Source: a virus (lineage: Duplodnaviria > Caudoviricetes). Taken from it: a stretch of DNA of 54,040 bases. The notes under the pieces are model-generated. The model was not told the origin of the DNA, ran no database searches, and was given only the letters and a program-made list of their open reading frames with translations. Numbering within the stretch: the first letter of the stretch is position 1; each line of letters begins with the position of its first letter. Below, piece after piece: positions 37,689 to 45,982 of the stretch. Both the position numbers and the translations under genes were made by a program. The DNA is taken from positions 1 through 54,040 of IMG/VR virus record IMGVR_UViG_3300032263_000001; one strand, written 5' to 3'.

Positions 37689-37980
37689 CGAAAAAAGAGG
37701 GTTCAAATCTAAGGAACTCGTTTTCAAGAAACTGGAAAAAGATCAAACTTGCCACTACTGCGGAAAGGCTGATTGCTTTGGTTGGGCTTCCCAAAAGGAG
37801 CAAATTTTTACTTGTGCTAGATGTTTCGGATTCATCTTTACAGCGATGGGTCAGGAGGGGCATATACCTAAGAGTGCAACTTTTTGCGGGATAGTGAACA
37901 AGATTGCGAATATCCCCGACGACCAAAGGCAAGCCCTTTTTGTTCGAGACTTGAGAGAGGCGATAGGAGGGTTGCTATGA
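37669..37980 (+). CDS. Small Zn-finger protein
   Basis: CHYC...CARC. Confidence 0.6.
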   Translation: MKIVNINEKRGFKSKELVFKKLEKDQTCHYCGKADCFGWASQKEQIFTCARCFGFIFTAMGQEGHIPKSATFCGIVNKIANIPDDQRQALFVRDLREAIGGLL

Positions 37981-38159
37981 CGGTAATAGATATCTACTTC
38001 AATAGCGGGAGATTTTTGAAAGGGGTGACCACCCCTAGGGACCCGGTAAAAATGGCCGAGGAGGTTTCCAGCCATGAAACACTTCTTGTAGAGCATCAAG
38101 GTGGCAAGACTTTGATTTGGCTAGTAAATGTTGATTATATAGAATTTAAGGAGAAGTAA
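37977..38159 (+). CDS. Hypothetical protein
   Basis: AGGAGG RBS; ATGA overlap. Confidence 0.55.
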   Translation: MTVIDIYFNSGRFLKGVTTPRDPVKMAEEVSSHETLLVEHQGGKTLIWLVNVDYIEFKEK

Positions 38160-38160
38160 A

Positions 38161-38787
38161 ATGACGATTAGTGAAGATATAAAAAAAGCAGTTTTCGAAA
38201 GACTTAGAAAAGGGGAAAAACCTTCCGAGCTTTCTAAAAAGTTTGGAATCAAACTGACCACCGTTTACTCATGGAGGCACAAAGTGAGAGCTGAGAAACC
38301 GGGTAAGCGGAAAGTCAAAAAAGGTATTCCCTCCCTCCCTAAAAAAGAAAAAGTAGAGGAGAAGCTTGAGCCAGTTTTTCACTATTTTTGGGATAGGTCG
38401 GCCCCTTGGAATATTTTCCAAGGTTCTCTTATCGAAGTAAAGGAGAATTTTGTTAGGGGAGTGATCAAGACAATTGACCCGGCTTATGCAGAGAGGAGGT
38501 ACAAAAGCTATATATTTACCTGTTGCTCTAAAGAAGAGCCCGAGTTGAGTGTTAGAGAGATCGACTTTTTTGAGGCGATAGACGTGATCCATAAAAAAGG
38601 GATAGTTCTTTTGATGAAAAAAGGAGAACCCTACCAGGCTCTTTTCGAAAAAGGAGAACCCTACCAGGCTCTTTTCGAAAAAGTAAGTCCCAAAGAGTTC
38701 CAAACAGTAGGTTTTAAATTCCTAGATAGTAATGGAGAGCCTCACGACACTTTCTATACTTATGACGGAGAGATTGATGAGTCTTAG
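38161..38787 (+). CDS. Protein with an N-terminal HTH
   Basis: 'GEKPSELSKKFGIKLTTVYSW'. Confidence 0.7.
   Translation: MTISEDIKKAVFERLRKGEKPSELSKKFGIKLTTVYSWRHKVRAEKPGKRKVKKGIPSLPKKEKVEEKLEPVFHYFWDRSAPWNIFQGSLIEVKENFVRGVIKTIDPAYAERRYKSYIFTCCSKEEPELSVREIDFFEAIDVIHKKGIVLLMKKGEPYQALFEKGEPYQALFEKVSPKEFQTVGFKFLDSNGEPHDTFYTYDGEIDES
38618..38683. repeat. Perfect 30-bp tandem duplication (in frame)
   Basis: AAAAAGGAGAACCCTACCAGGCTCTTTTCG twice, encoding KGEPYQALFE twice. Confidence 0.9.
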
Positions 38788-39262
38788 AGAGATTTTTCAA
38801 GATGAAAAATTTATGGAGGAGAGTACCCGAATGGGTCGGCATTTTGTAGTTTTTCAGTGCCCGACTTCTGAAGGAGTTCCTTGTGCTGTCCTTGCAAGAG
38901 TCCGAAGGAAAAAGAACCGCTGGTATATTGATCTAGGAGAGAAGCATTTTCTGAATAACTCTAAAGGGTTTTACGTTTTGGGGGATATGTTTTTTACGGA
39001 TCATGGCTCAAAAGAAAAGCCGGAAGTGTCATCCTTTCTTTTTAGCATTGGAGAGTCCGATGAAGATGCTAAAGAGAAAGAAAAAAATATAGGGAGTCTT
39101 TTTCGAAACTCCCTAATCCTGCCTAAAGAAAGCTCTAGGCAAAAGCAGCTGTTTGCTTATCACCTCGAAAGGTATCATAATCTTTTTTTAGATAAAGAAA
39201 AGAAAGAATGGAGTGAAAAAAAGAAGATGAAGTATCTCAGGAGCTTGGTGAGACGGCCTTGA
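38777..39262 (+). CDS. Hypothetical protein
   Basis: Last gene of the plus-strand block. Confidence 0.6.
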   Translation: MSLREIFQDEKFMEESTRMGRHFVVFQCPTSEGVPCAVLARVRRKKNRWYIDLGEKHFLNNSKGFYVLGDMFFTDHGSKEKPEVSSFLFSIGESDEDAKEKEKNIGSLFRNSLILPKESSRQKQLFAYHLERYHNLFLDKEKKEWSEKKKMKYLRSLVRRP

Positions 39263-39827
39263 AATGGTATTTTGCTTCAAGTGTCGAGTCAATCCCATTT
39301 GAGAAGATATCATAGGTTAAGGCTTTCATGAAAAAGCCATTTTCGCTTTTTTCGAAGTAATTGTATTGGGATAGTGGAGAGTTGTTTTCACTCTCCATTT
39401 TTTCGTTTGTTGATATCTTTTCTTGAAACTCGGTTCGACTTCCAGAAACAACTCTTCCGATGAAGCTACCTTTCTCATCTTGGGTGTAGGTCTTTACCCA
39501 AGATTCGAAACTGAAAACTAAGCGAGTGTCTTCACTAGCGATTTCTGAGAAACATTCCCCACTGTACTCAATTTCTTTCTTTGATACAGTAACTTCGCAA
39601 CCGATAGAGAACCCGCCTGAGAGATTCCTATCTATCGATTCCTGACCTCTTGAAAGAGTTTCTTTTAAGCTGAAAAACTCGAGTTCGTAAACTCCGTTTT
39701 CTGGGAAAAAAGCGGGTTTTGTCTCTGGAGTGGGGGAACTTTCCCCATCTTCCGAGAACATATCCCCGCTATCCGAATCCCCACAAGATACGAGAAACCC
39801 TAGGGCTATTAAAACTGCCTTTTTCAT
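39237..39827 (-). CDS. Lipoprotein
   Basis: MKKAVLIALGFLVS-C signal peptide and lipobox; AGGAGG RBS. Confidence 0.75.
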   Translation of the reverse strand: MKKAVLIALGFLVSCGDSDSGDMFSEDGESSPTPETKPAFFPENGVYELEFFSLKETLSRGQESIDRNLSGGFSIGCEVTVSKKEIEYSGECFSEIASEDTRLVFSFESWVKTYTQDEKGSFIGRVVSGSRTEFQEKISTNEKMESENNSPLSQYNYFEKSENGFFMKALTYDIFSNGIDSTLEAKYHFKAVSPSS

Positions 39828-39846
39828 ACCTCGCCTCCTATCTTAG

Positions 39847-39873
39847 TTTTCGTATTTTTATCGGAAAACTTTA
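39847..39873 (-). promoter_or_regulatory. Sigma28 (FliA)-like promoter
   Basis: TAAAGTTT-N11-TACGAAAA. Confidence 0.45.
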
Positions 39874-39953
39874 GAGAAAACGGAGTGACGACTTGCAATC
39901 TTTTAAAAATTAAGGTATTGTAAAAGTAGAGACCGAATAAATGAAGTTGACTC

Positions 39954-39983
39954 AACGCTTTCCCAAAGGAGAGCGTTTTTTTT
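39954..39983 (+). terminator. Plus-strand intrinsic terminator
   Basis: AACGCTTTCC-caaa-GGAGAGCGTT plus a T run. Confidence 0.6.
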
Positions 39984-40485
39984 ATCTCTCGAAGACAGTA
40001 TGCAGAGTTGCTCCGGGTTTCATTGCTCCTCTTAAAGTCATGCAGGTGTGTTGAGCTTCAATTTCTATTCGAACGTTAAGAGGTTTTAAGTGCTCTATGA
40101 TAGCCTGCCCAATCTCCAATCCAAGCCTTTCTTGAAGCTGGAGCCTTTTTGAGAAGCAGTCAACCAACCGAGCGAGTTTACTGATTCCTACTAAGTCATC
40201 AAACGGAGTGTAGGTAATGGATACCTCGCCAAAAAAAGGCATTAGGTGGTGCTCACAAATGGAAACAAATGAAATGTTTCTTAGGGTGATAGGTCTTTCT
40301 AGGTCGAATCTCTTCAGCTCTTCATTGAAAGTCCGGGAGAGGATTTCTTTAGGATCCATATTGTATCCCGAAAGAAGTTCCGACCAAGCTCGGTGAACTC
40401 GTTTTGGAGTATCTTTCAAACCTTCTCTGTCGGGATCTTGGCCAATGCTTGATAGGAAACTTCTAATCCCTTCTTGCAATTCCAT
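39982..40485 (-). CDS. folE: GTP cyclohydrolase I
   Basis: Motifs 'REGLKDTPKRV', 'SICEHHLMPFFG', 'GISKLAR', 'LQLQERL', 'HTCMTLRG'. Confidence 0.95.
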   Translation of the reverse strand: MELQEGIRSFLSSIGQDPDREGLKDTPKRVHRAWSELLSGYNMDPKEILSRTFNEELKRFDLERPITLRNISFVSICEHHLMPFFGEVSITYTPFDDLVGISKLARLVDCFSKRLQLQERLGLEIGQAIIEHLKPLNVRIEIEAQHTCMTLRGAMKPGATLHTVFER

Positions 40486-40486
40486 T

Positions 40487-41167
40487 CTAAACTCCTCTCT
40501 TATTTCCCCATAGGCGAATTTGAAGCCTATCGGAGTACCTTAGTTTTGGATTCAATGCTAACCAGTTCATGCATTTCTTTGCATTGTGGTTCAATTCAGC
40601 GGGAGTTTTCCCTACTGGCATTAAGAAAAAACTGCAAGTATCTACGGGGAAAGTACTCATCAAATCCGTTAACTCTCTATAATTGGTACTCGTAGAAACT
40701 GGCATTTTGATTTGATACTCTTGCCCAATTTCAGGCAAACACAAATCGCTTAGCCCGACACACTTGCCCGACTCCTTAAACCTCATACCTACCTTTGGAG
40801 AGATGCTATAGAGGAGGTCTTTTTTTGGTAGGGGGAAAGTTCCGTTTGTTTCGATAGTGATTGAAAACCCTTTGTAAGAAAGTTTCTCAGCTAGCTGGAG
40901 AACCGGCTCTCTATTCCAAGGTGCCATAGGCTCCCCTCCCGTTATCACCACTTCGGTAGCTTTCGGGATTCGTATCCTTCGAATCAACTCGTCTAGGCTA
41001 TAGGGGTTGTTTTCTTTTCGAGATATAGCATATTCGGTATCACAAGAACTTTCACCCCAGTGACAAGAGAGATTGCACCCGGAAACTCTAACGAAAGTAG
41101 AGAGCATCCCCGCTTTAATTCCCTCTCCTTGAATTGAGGTGAAAAGGGGTTCGGCTAAACAAATCAT
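40487..41167 (-). CDS. queE: 7-carboxy-7-deazaguanine synthase (radical SAM)
   Basis: Motifs 'FTSIQGEG', 'RVSGCNLSC-x6-CDT', 'ITGGEP', 'IETNG', 'ISPK'. Confidence 0.92.
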   Translation of the reverse strand: MICLAEPLFTSIQGEGIKAGMLSTFVRVSGCNLSCHWGESSCDTEYAISRKENNPYSLDELIRRIRIPKATEVVITGGEPMAPWNREPVLQLAEKLSYKGFSITIETNGTFPLPKKDLLYSISPKVGMRFKESGKCVGLSDLCLPEIGQEYQIKMPVSTSTNYRELTDLMSTFPVDTCSFFLMPVGKTPAELNHNAKKCMNWLALNPKLRYSDRLQIRLWGNKRGV

Positions 41168-41589
41168 CAAACATACTCCAACTTGCAAGAGTTTTTCGGG
41201 GTCTCCCAAAGAGTCAGGGAGGCGATTTTGATTCCTTCTGGAAGTACTTTGTCAAAGTCTTCAGCCATAAGATGTACTAAGTTCTCTGCGGTAGTCTCCA
41301 TGGGAACTTCAAGATATGCTGTTTTCATTTTGATAGCGATAGACTTTAGGTCAATATCATTCATATAAAATAACAACTTGTGGTCGTATTTGGAGAGAAC
41401 ATATTCTACGTGTTCCTTGAGCTGACCAAAATCCACAATCATATCGCTAGCTGTTTGCGGGTCCTCATAAACCTCGATGATCCCCTTCCAGGTGTGACCG
41501 TGAAGATTGGCACAAGCTCCCTCGTGAAAAGTGAGCCGGTGAGCCGCATCAAAGGTAAACTCTCTCGAAACTGTCAGTTTCGTTTTCAT
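41167..41589 (-). CDS. queD: 6-carboxytetrahydropterin synthase
   Basis: Motifs 'FDAAHRL', 'CANLHGH', 'DFG', 'YDH', 'TAEN', 'WET'. Confidence 0.95.
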   Translation of the reverse strand: MKTKLTVSREFTFDAAHRLTFHEGACANLHGHTWKGIIEVYEDPQTASDMIVDFGQLKEHVEYVLSKYDHKLLFYMNDIDLKSIAIKMKTAYLEVPMETTAENLVHLMAEDFDKVLPEGIKIASLTLWETPKNSCKLEYV

Positions 41590-42260
41590 ACTTCCTCCTC
41601 CTCGTATTCGGTAGGGTCAAATCCTTCAAGAGCTTCTTTTCTTTCGACACAAGTTCCACACTTCCCACAGTGCTTTTCTCGGCCATTATAGCAACTCCAG
41701 GTCTCTTCAAAGGGTACTCTCAAAGCTCCTCCGAGCTGGGCAATCTCTCTTTTGGAGCGACTGGCAAAAGGAGCTTCGAGAGTAATCCAATTGTTTGTAC
41801 CTCGGGAGATAGCTTGACTCATAGCGGAAACAAATTCTTTCCGACAATCAGGATAGATTGCATGATCTCCTGCATGGCCTCCATAGAGAAGTATCCCTTC
41901 TTTAAGGAGTCCAGCGGCAATAGAAAGCATGATCCCATTTCGGAAAGGGACGACAGTTTTTTCCATTGACTTCTCTTCATAGTGACCTTCGGGAATATCC
42001 TTTTGAGAGGCTAACAAGCCCGACTTCATTCCCCAAGAGGAGAAGTCTAGAGGAATGATTCGATGTTCGAGTTTGACCTCTGGAAAGGCTTCCTGAGCTA
42101 AAGAGAAAATAGTCTTAGCCTTGGAGAGTTCTTTTTCAGCGTGAGCTGAACCATAGTCAAATGAGAGAAGCAAGATATCTTTAACGTTGTCAATGTAAAC
42201 TGTTTTCCAAAGTAACACAGTGGAGTCCATTCCTCCCGAGAGGAGAATACATCTTCTCAT
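41586..42260 (-). CDS. queC: 7-cyano-7-deazaguanine synthase
   Basis: Motifs 'LSGGMDS', 'VPFRN', 'YPDC', 'TWSCY...HCGKCGTC'. Confidence 0.95.
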   Translation of the reverse strand: MRRCILLSGGMDSTVLLWKTVYIDNVKDILLLSFDYGSAHAEKELSKAKTIFSLAQEAFPEVKLEHRIIPLDFSSWGMKSGLLASQKDIPEGHYEEKSMEKTVVPFRNGIMLSIAAGLLKEGILLYGGHAGDHAIYPDCRKEFVSAMSQAISRGTNNWITLEAPFASRSKREIAQLGGALRVPFEETWSCYNGREKHCGKCGTCVERKEALEGFDPTEYEEEEV

Positions 42261-43150
42261 ATTTTGTATCCTTTCTGTTTTAACCATCGATAGGCTTTTA
42301 AAACGTGGTAAAGTTGAGTAGATTGACAAGCAAAATAACAGCGGGTTGAGTACTTTTTCTCAAGCAAGTCATAGAACAGGATGTAAGAGAAAGTTGTTAG
42401 CATTTGGACAACCCCGTTCGACCCTCCAGAAGCCAAGTCTGCTAGGTTTCTATCTAAAGACTTTTCATATCCTCCGTTGTTTCCCCATATGACTTTTCTA
42501 TTTAGTGAGTTCAGTCTCAACCCAAATAACTTAAAAATTCGGTTGTTAAGCTTGGTTCGATTTTTTAGATACTCTTGATAGGAATAGGTTTTAACGTTCC
42601 CCGATTCCTCAAGGATTCGTAAACCTCCGAAAAGGTGAGTTCCCATCCAAGAGGAAGCATCAGCGCTATAGAGGATTCCCCCTTTATCCATCAAGCCTTT
42701 TCGAACATATCCGAGACCATGAAACTTCTTTTCTGGATAGAGTTTCAAGAGATGTTTAACATAGTCATCAACAAAGTGTTTTGCAATCCCACCTATCGCA
42801 AGATAGTCACACAGGCTAACCGATTTCTCGATAGTTTCTAGACTTGAGCCATTAGTAATAACTCCTATGAGCCTTTCCCCATAGAGTTTCTTCATCGTTT
42901 CAAGATTCTTTAAGGTTTGTTTCTCATCTCCGATAACATCTAGGTGAACAAAGTTGAAATCATCGTTTATCTTGAGAAGTTTGTCCAAGAAAAGACAATA
43001 CTCCTTTAGTTCGATAGGCTTCCCAGTAGAGTAAGCCGTAAAGGCTCCACTATCCAAAATGAGGTTTACCTCTTCCCCGTATTCAGAAAAGAACTTTTTA
43101 AAGAAATCGATATCCCTGGAATAGACATAGCTGACAAGGATATTTATCAT
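42257..43150 (-). CDS. dpdA: DpdA/TGT-like transglycosylase (probable DNA 7-deazaguanine insertase)
   Basis: TGT-fold motifs 'LDSGAF', 'LDVIG', 'AIGG', 'FHGLG', 'SADASSW'; coupled to queC. Confidence 0.72.
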   Translation of the reverse strand: MINILVSYVYSRDIDFFKKFFSEYGEEVNLILDSGAFTAYSTGKPIELKEYCLFLDKLLKINDDFNFVHLDVIGDEKQTLKNLETMKKLYGERLIGVITNGSSLETIEKSVSLCDYLAIGGIAKHFVDDYVKHLLKLYPEKKFHGLGYVRKGLMDKGGILYSADASSWMGTHLFGGLRILEESGNVKTYSYQEYLKNRTKLNNRIFKLFGLRLNSLNRKVIWGNNGGYEKSLDRNLADLASGGSNGVVQMLTTFSYILFYDLLEKKYSTRCYFACQSTQLYHVLKAYRWLKQKGYKI

Positions 43151-43719
43151 TTTAAAGTTACCTCAGGATATCCTTCTAAGAAAGCTTGAAGGCTTTCTAA
43201 GATTTCAGGCTTACTCCCGAAAGGAACCATGAGAAGGATTTTTTCATTGGGCGGGTCTTTATCCTCGCCCTCCTCTTTTGGTTCCGGGTCTTTTGGTTCC
43301 TCATCGAAAACGCGGTCAATATCCATAACCAGAGTGTCTAGTCTTAACTCTTCAAAGGGAGCCTCCCCTAGGTCAAGTTTGATTCCTTCTAGCAAGTTTT
43401 GAAGGTCTCCCGTAAACTCCCCTTCAATAGCTGGGTTGTTTAGGGAAACATTCATTTGTTTCTCTTTATCTAGGGAAACGTCAACCGTAATAACCGGGAC
43501 TTTCTCGTATCCGAGTTCAGTTAAAGCCCTGAAACGCTGGTGACCTGCAACCAAATTCCCGGTTTGTTTGTTCACCACTAAAGGCTGGACAATACTATTT
43601 TGTCTCAAGCTTTCTTTAAGACCTTCAAAAGCTTTCTCCGAAATACGACGGGGATTGTAGGCAGCGGGGTTTATTTTAGAGATAGACACCCAAGTCATTT
43701 TCTCTTGATATTTTTTCAT
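43147..43719 (-). CDS. ParB/Srx-like N-terminal domain protein of the modification cluster
   Basis: Motifs 'YNPRRI', 'VQPLVVN', 'VAGHQRF'. Confidence 0.82.
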   Translation of the reverse strand: MKKYQEKMTWVSISKINPAAYNPRRISEKAFEGLKESLRQNSIVQPLVVNKQTGNLVAGHQRFRALTELGYEKVPVITVDVSLDKEKQMNVSLNNPAIEGEFTGDLQNLLEGIKLDLGEAPFEELRLDTLVMDIDRVFDEEPKDPEPKEEGEDKDPPNEKILLMVPFGSKPEILESLQAFLEGYPEVTLK

Positions 43720-43746
43720 TGAAAAACTCCTTATTCTTGTCTCTAA

Positions 43747-43775
43747 AGCATACACGAATAAAGAGGGGATTTCAA
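43747..43775 (-). promoter_or_regulatory. Sigma70-type promoter of the modification operon
   Basis: TTGAAA-17-TATGCT. Confidence 0.55.
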
Positions 43776-43787
43776 ATAAGGGTTCCG

Positions 43788-44105
43788 CTATTCTGAAGCA
43801 GCGTCTTTAAAAGATTTGGTAAACTCGTCAATAGCAATAGTTCCTAGTCCAAAAAGCTCTTTAACAGCTCCTTGAATTCCATCTTTTGCAAGCTCGTCTT
43901 TAGCTTCCTTAGGGAGGTTTTGAATCCCCTCGATAGCTTTGGCAAGCTTGGCTTGAAAGTCTCGATCAAGGAAGAGATGTTTAGCGATAGCAATACCATC
44001 TCCAACAACTTGAACCCCGTCAGTTGCTCGATAGGCTAAGAACCCGGTTAGGTCTGCTAGGGCGATAACAACTTCCTTAATTTCTTTACACTCATGATTG
44101 TCCAT
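43788..44105 (-). CDS. Hypothetical amphipathic protein near the lysis genes
   Basis: 105 aa, AGGAG RBS. Confidence 0.65.
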   Translation of the reverse strand: MDNHECKEIKEVVIALADLTGFLAYRATDGVQVVGDGIAIAKHLFLDRDFQAKLAKAIEGIQNLPKEAKDELAKDGIQGAVKELFGLGTIAIDEFTKSFKDAASE

Positions 44106-44282
44106 GTTTTTTCTCCTACAAAATGGGAACCCTTGGGCTCCCGGTGAGTTTGCAATGTAGCGTTGTTAGAAAGGGCTTGATAGCGGGTTGACTGAGGCTA
44201 TAACAGACACGAAAAAGACGGAATCTTTTTGGTTATGTGACACAAACTCTAACCCCATTCTATCCTCATCCTTCCTAAAAAA

Positions 44283-44651
44283 TCAAGCCTTATTGAAGCC
44301 TTCGACTCCTCGGTTCTCTCTATCTTCCTTTCTCTTTTGGAGGGAGGCTAGAGCTTTATTGAGATTGCCAATAGCTTCAAGGTTATAGGAACTTGGAAAG
44401 TTTTCATTTAGTTTTTCAATGATATGTTTGGCAGCATGGATAAGGGTGTCTACTTGGCACCCGTTAACCCCGTTTTCTTTTACTGGACCGTTTTGAATTT
44501 TGAAAGAAATAGTATTGAGTCTTTCGGTAATATTGATAGGGTATTCGTCTCGAGTTTTATCAAATTCCTCCCAAGGCATATTGTCGGGCTTTTTTCTTAC
44601 TATCTTGAACCCGCCTATAGTTTCCAATTCTTTTAAAGTCTCCAATGCCAT
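44283..44651 (-). CDS. Tad1-like anti-defence nucleotide sponge
   Basis: 'IQNGPVKENGVNG...FPSSYN...KRKEDRENRGVEG' follows the Tad1 pattern. Confidence 0.65.
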   Translation of the reverse strand: MALETLKELETIGGFKIVRKKPDNMPWEEFDKTRDEYPINITERLNTISFKIQNGPVKENGVNGCQVDTLIHAAKHIIEKLNENFPSSYNLEAIGNLNKALASLQKRKEDRENRGVEGFNKA

Positions 44652-44664
44652 ACTTTTCTCCTTA

Positions 44665-45771
44665 TTACCACCGGGCTTTATAGCCACGGGTATCAACGTG
44701 AGTAAAACTAGAGTAGGTTCCTACTCCATCAAAACCGATTCTTTCAGCTTCCTCGGCAACCTGCCTAGGAGTCATGCCCGAAACCACGATATCAAAAGCA
44801 TCCCCAACTTTGTGACGGCTATTCGATACTCCCCCTACCTCTTCATTGTGAGGAGGGCAGCGATAGCCCGAAGTCACATAAATAGGTTTCCCTATTGCGT
44901 CTCTAAGCTCTTGGAGCTTTGAAATAGCTTTCCTAGAAATTCTTACCGACCTACATCTGGAACACTTGCATTGAACTTCTTTAAGGTGGAAGCTTTGAGT
45001 TAACTGGATATTCGAGTCCTTCCCCAACTCAAAGAACTCTTGATCAGGTTCCAGGGCTTCGAGAAGGCTGTAATAGTGAGCCTTTACCAAGTTCCAACAC
45101 TCGACGGTTACGCCTCTTTTGGGTTCAAGGTTGTTGTTCCCCTGGAAATCAGTAACAGCGTATTGGGTAGCTTCCCCGTAAATTCCATCGATAACAAGCA
45201 AAGGCTTCCCCCACGAGAGGAGCCAAGCGTTAATCATCTTTTGAAAGAGTTTTACTTTTGGGGAAAAGTCTCCGAAAGCGATTTCAAAATGAGCCGGGTT
45301 GTTATCCAAAGAGATTCCCGCAAGGAAAAGCTGTCTTTCTTCCGCTCTCCTTCTTACCAAGCCTTCGAGAACCCTACCCCCTCCGTAGATCCACTTATTG
45401 AATTCGTCGGCTGCCTCTTTAAAGTCCTTCTCTTTAATCCTCTTGAAGAGAGTCGAGGATTGAAAGGCTCCCAGACCGCAGTTATAGCAAAAAGAGACTA
45501 CTGCATCAAAAGATAGTTGAGGAAGAGAGACAAGGGAGTTTAACCTAACTGCGACTTTAGAGACTTCCCAATTCAAAAGCTCCTCAGCTCTCTCCCGTGA
45601 AATGATATCTCCCTCTTTAACTGGGGAACTGTCTTCGTAGTGAGTCGAACCGAACCCGATAGTCCAAACCTTTGCCGGACACTGATAGGCTTTAGCGTTT
45701 CCACTGGGAAGTTCCTTGTGGTACCCCTCCCAACGTTTGATGATTTCTATAGCTTTCCTAGAATGTAGCAT
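44665..45771 (-). CDS. Endolysin: GH24 lysozyme + peptidoglycan-binding domain + M15 peptidase
   Basis: 'WEG...AYQCPAKVWTIGFG', 'GLVRRRAEE'; 'IDGIYGEAT..AV..FQ'; 'TSGYRC..HN', 'SRH..G.AFD', 'FTHVDTR'. Confidence 0.92.
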   Translation of the reverse strand: MLHSRKAIEIIKRWEGYHKELPSGNAKAYQCPAKVWTIGFGSTHYEDSSPVKEGDIISRERAEELLNWEVSKVAVRLNSLVSLPQLSFDAVVSFCYNCGLGAFQSSTLFKRIKEKDFKEAADEFNKWIYGGGRVLEGLVRRRAEERQLFLAGISLDNNPAHFEIAFGDFSPKVKLFQKMINAWLLSWGKPLLVIDGIYGEATQYAVTDFQGNNNLEPKRGVTVECWNLVKAHYYSLLEALEPDQEFFELGKDSNIQLTQSFHLKEVQCKCSRCRSVRISRKAISKLQELRDAIGKPIYVTSGYRCPPHNEEVGGVSNSRHKVGDAFDIVVSGMTPRQVAEEAERIGFDGVGTYSSFTHVDTRGYKARW

Positions 45772-45982
45772 AAAAAAATCCTTTCTTAGAATGTTTCTTA
45801 AGAAAGGATAGCATAAAACAGCGTATATGAATAGAACCCCTAGGTGGAGTCTCCTCTACCTAGAGGTTCATTCATTGTTTTCTAAACTGACGTAAACAAT
45901 AGAGCACACTGAAACCCCAGTTAGAAAACAAATCTACTCACTCATCCTATTTCTAAGACACATGCGTAGTACGTGGAAAAAA

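Noticed and set aside
42257-43150. TGT-like protein as a queuosine tRNA modifier
   Set aside because: No QueF or QueA, no TGT zinc motif, and the phage tRNA is not a GUN substrate.
43147-43719. ParB as a plasmid-prophage partition system
   Set aside because: No ParA and no HTH domain; it is coupled to the modification genes, where ParB-like domains are common.
44165-44260. 30-codon minus-strand ORF (MGLEFVSHNQKD...) after the Tad1-like gene
   Set aside because: Has a possible RBS but is too short and featureless to support.
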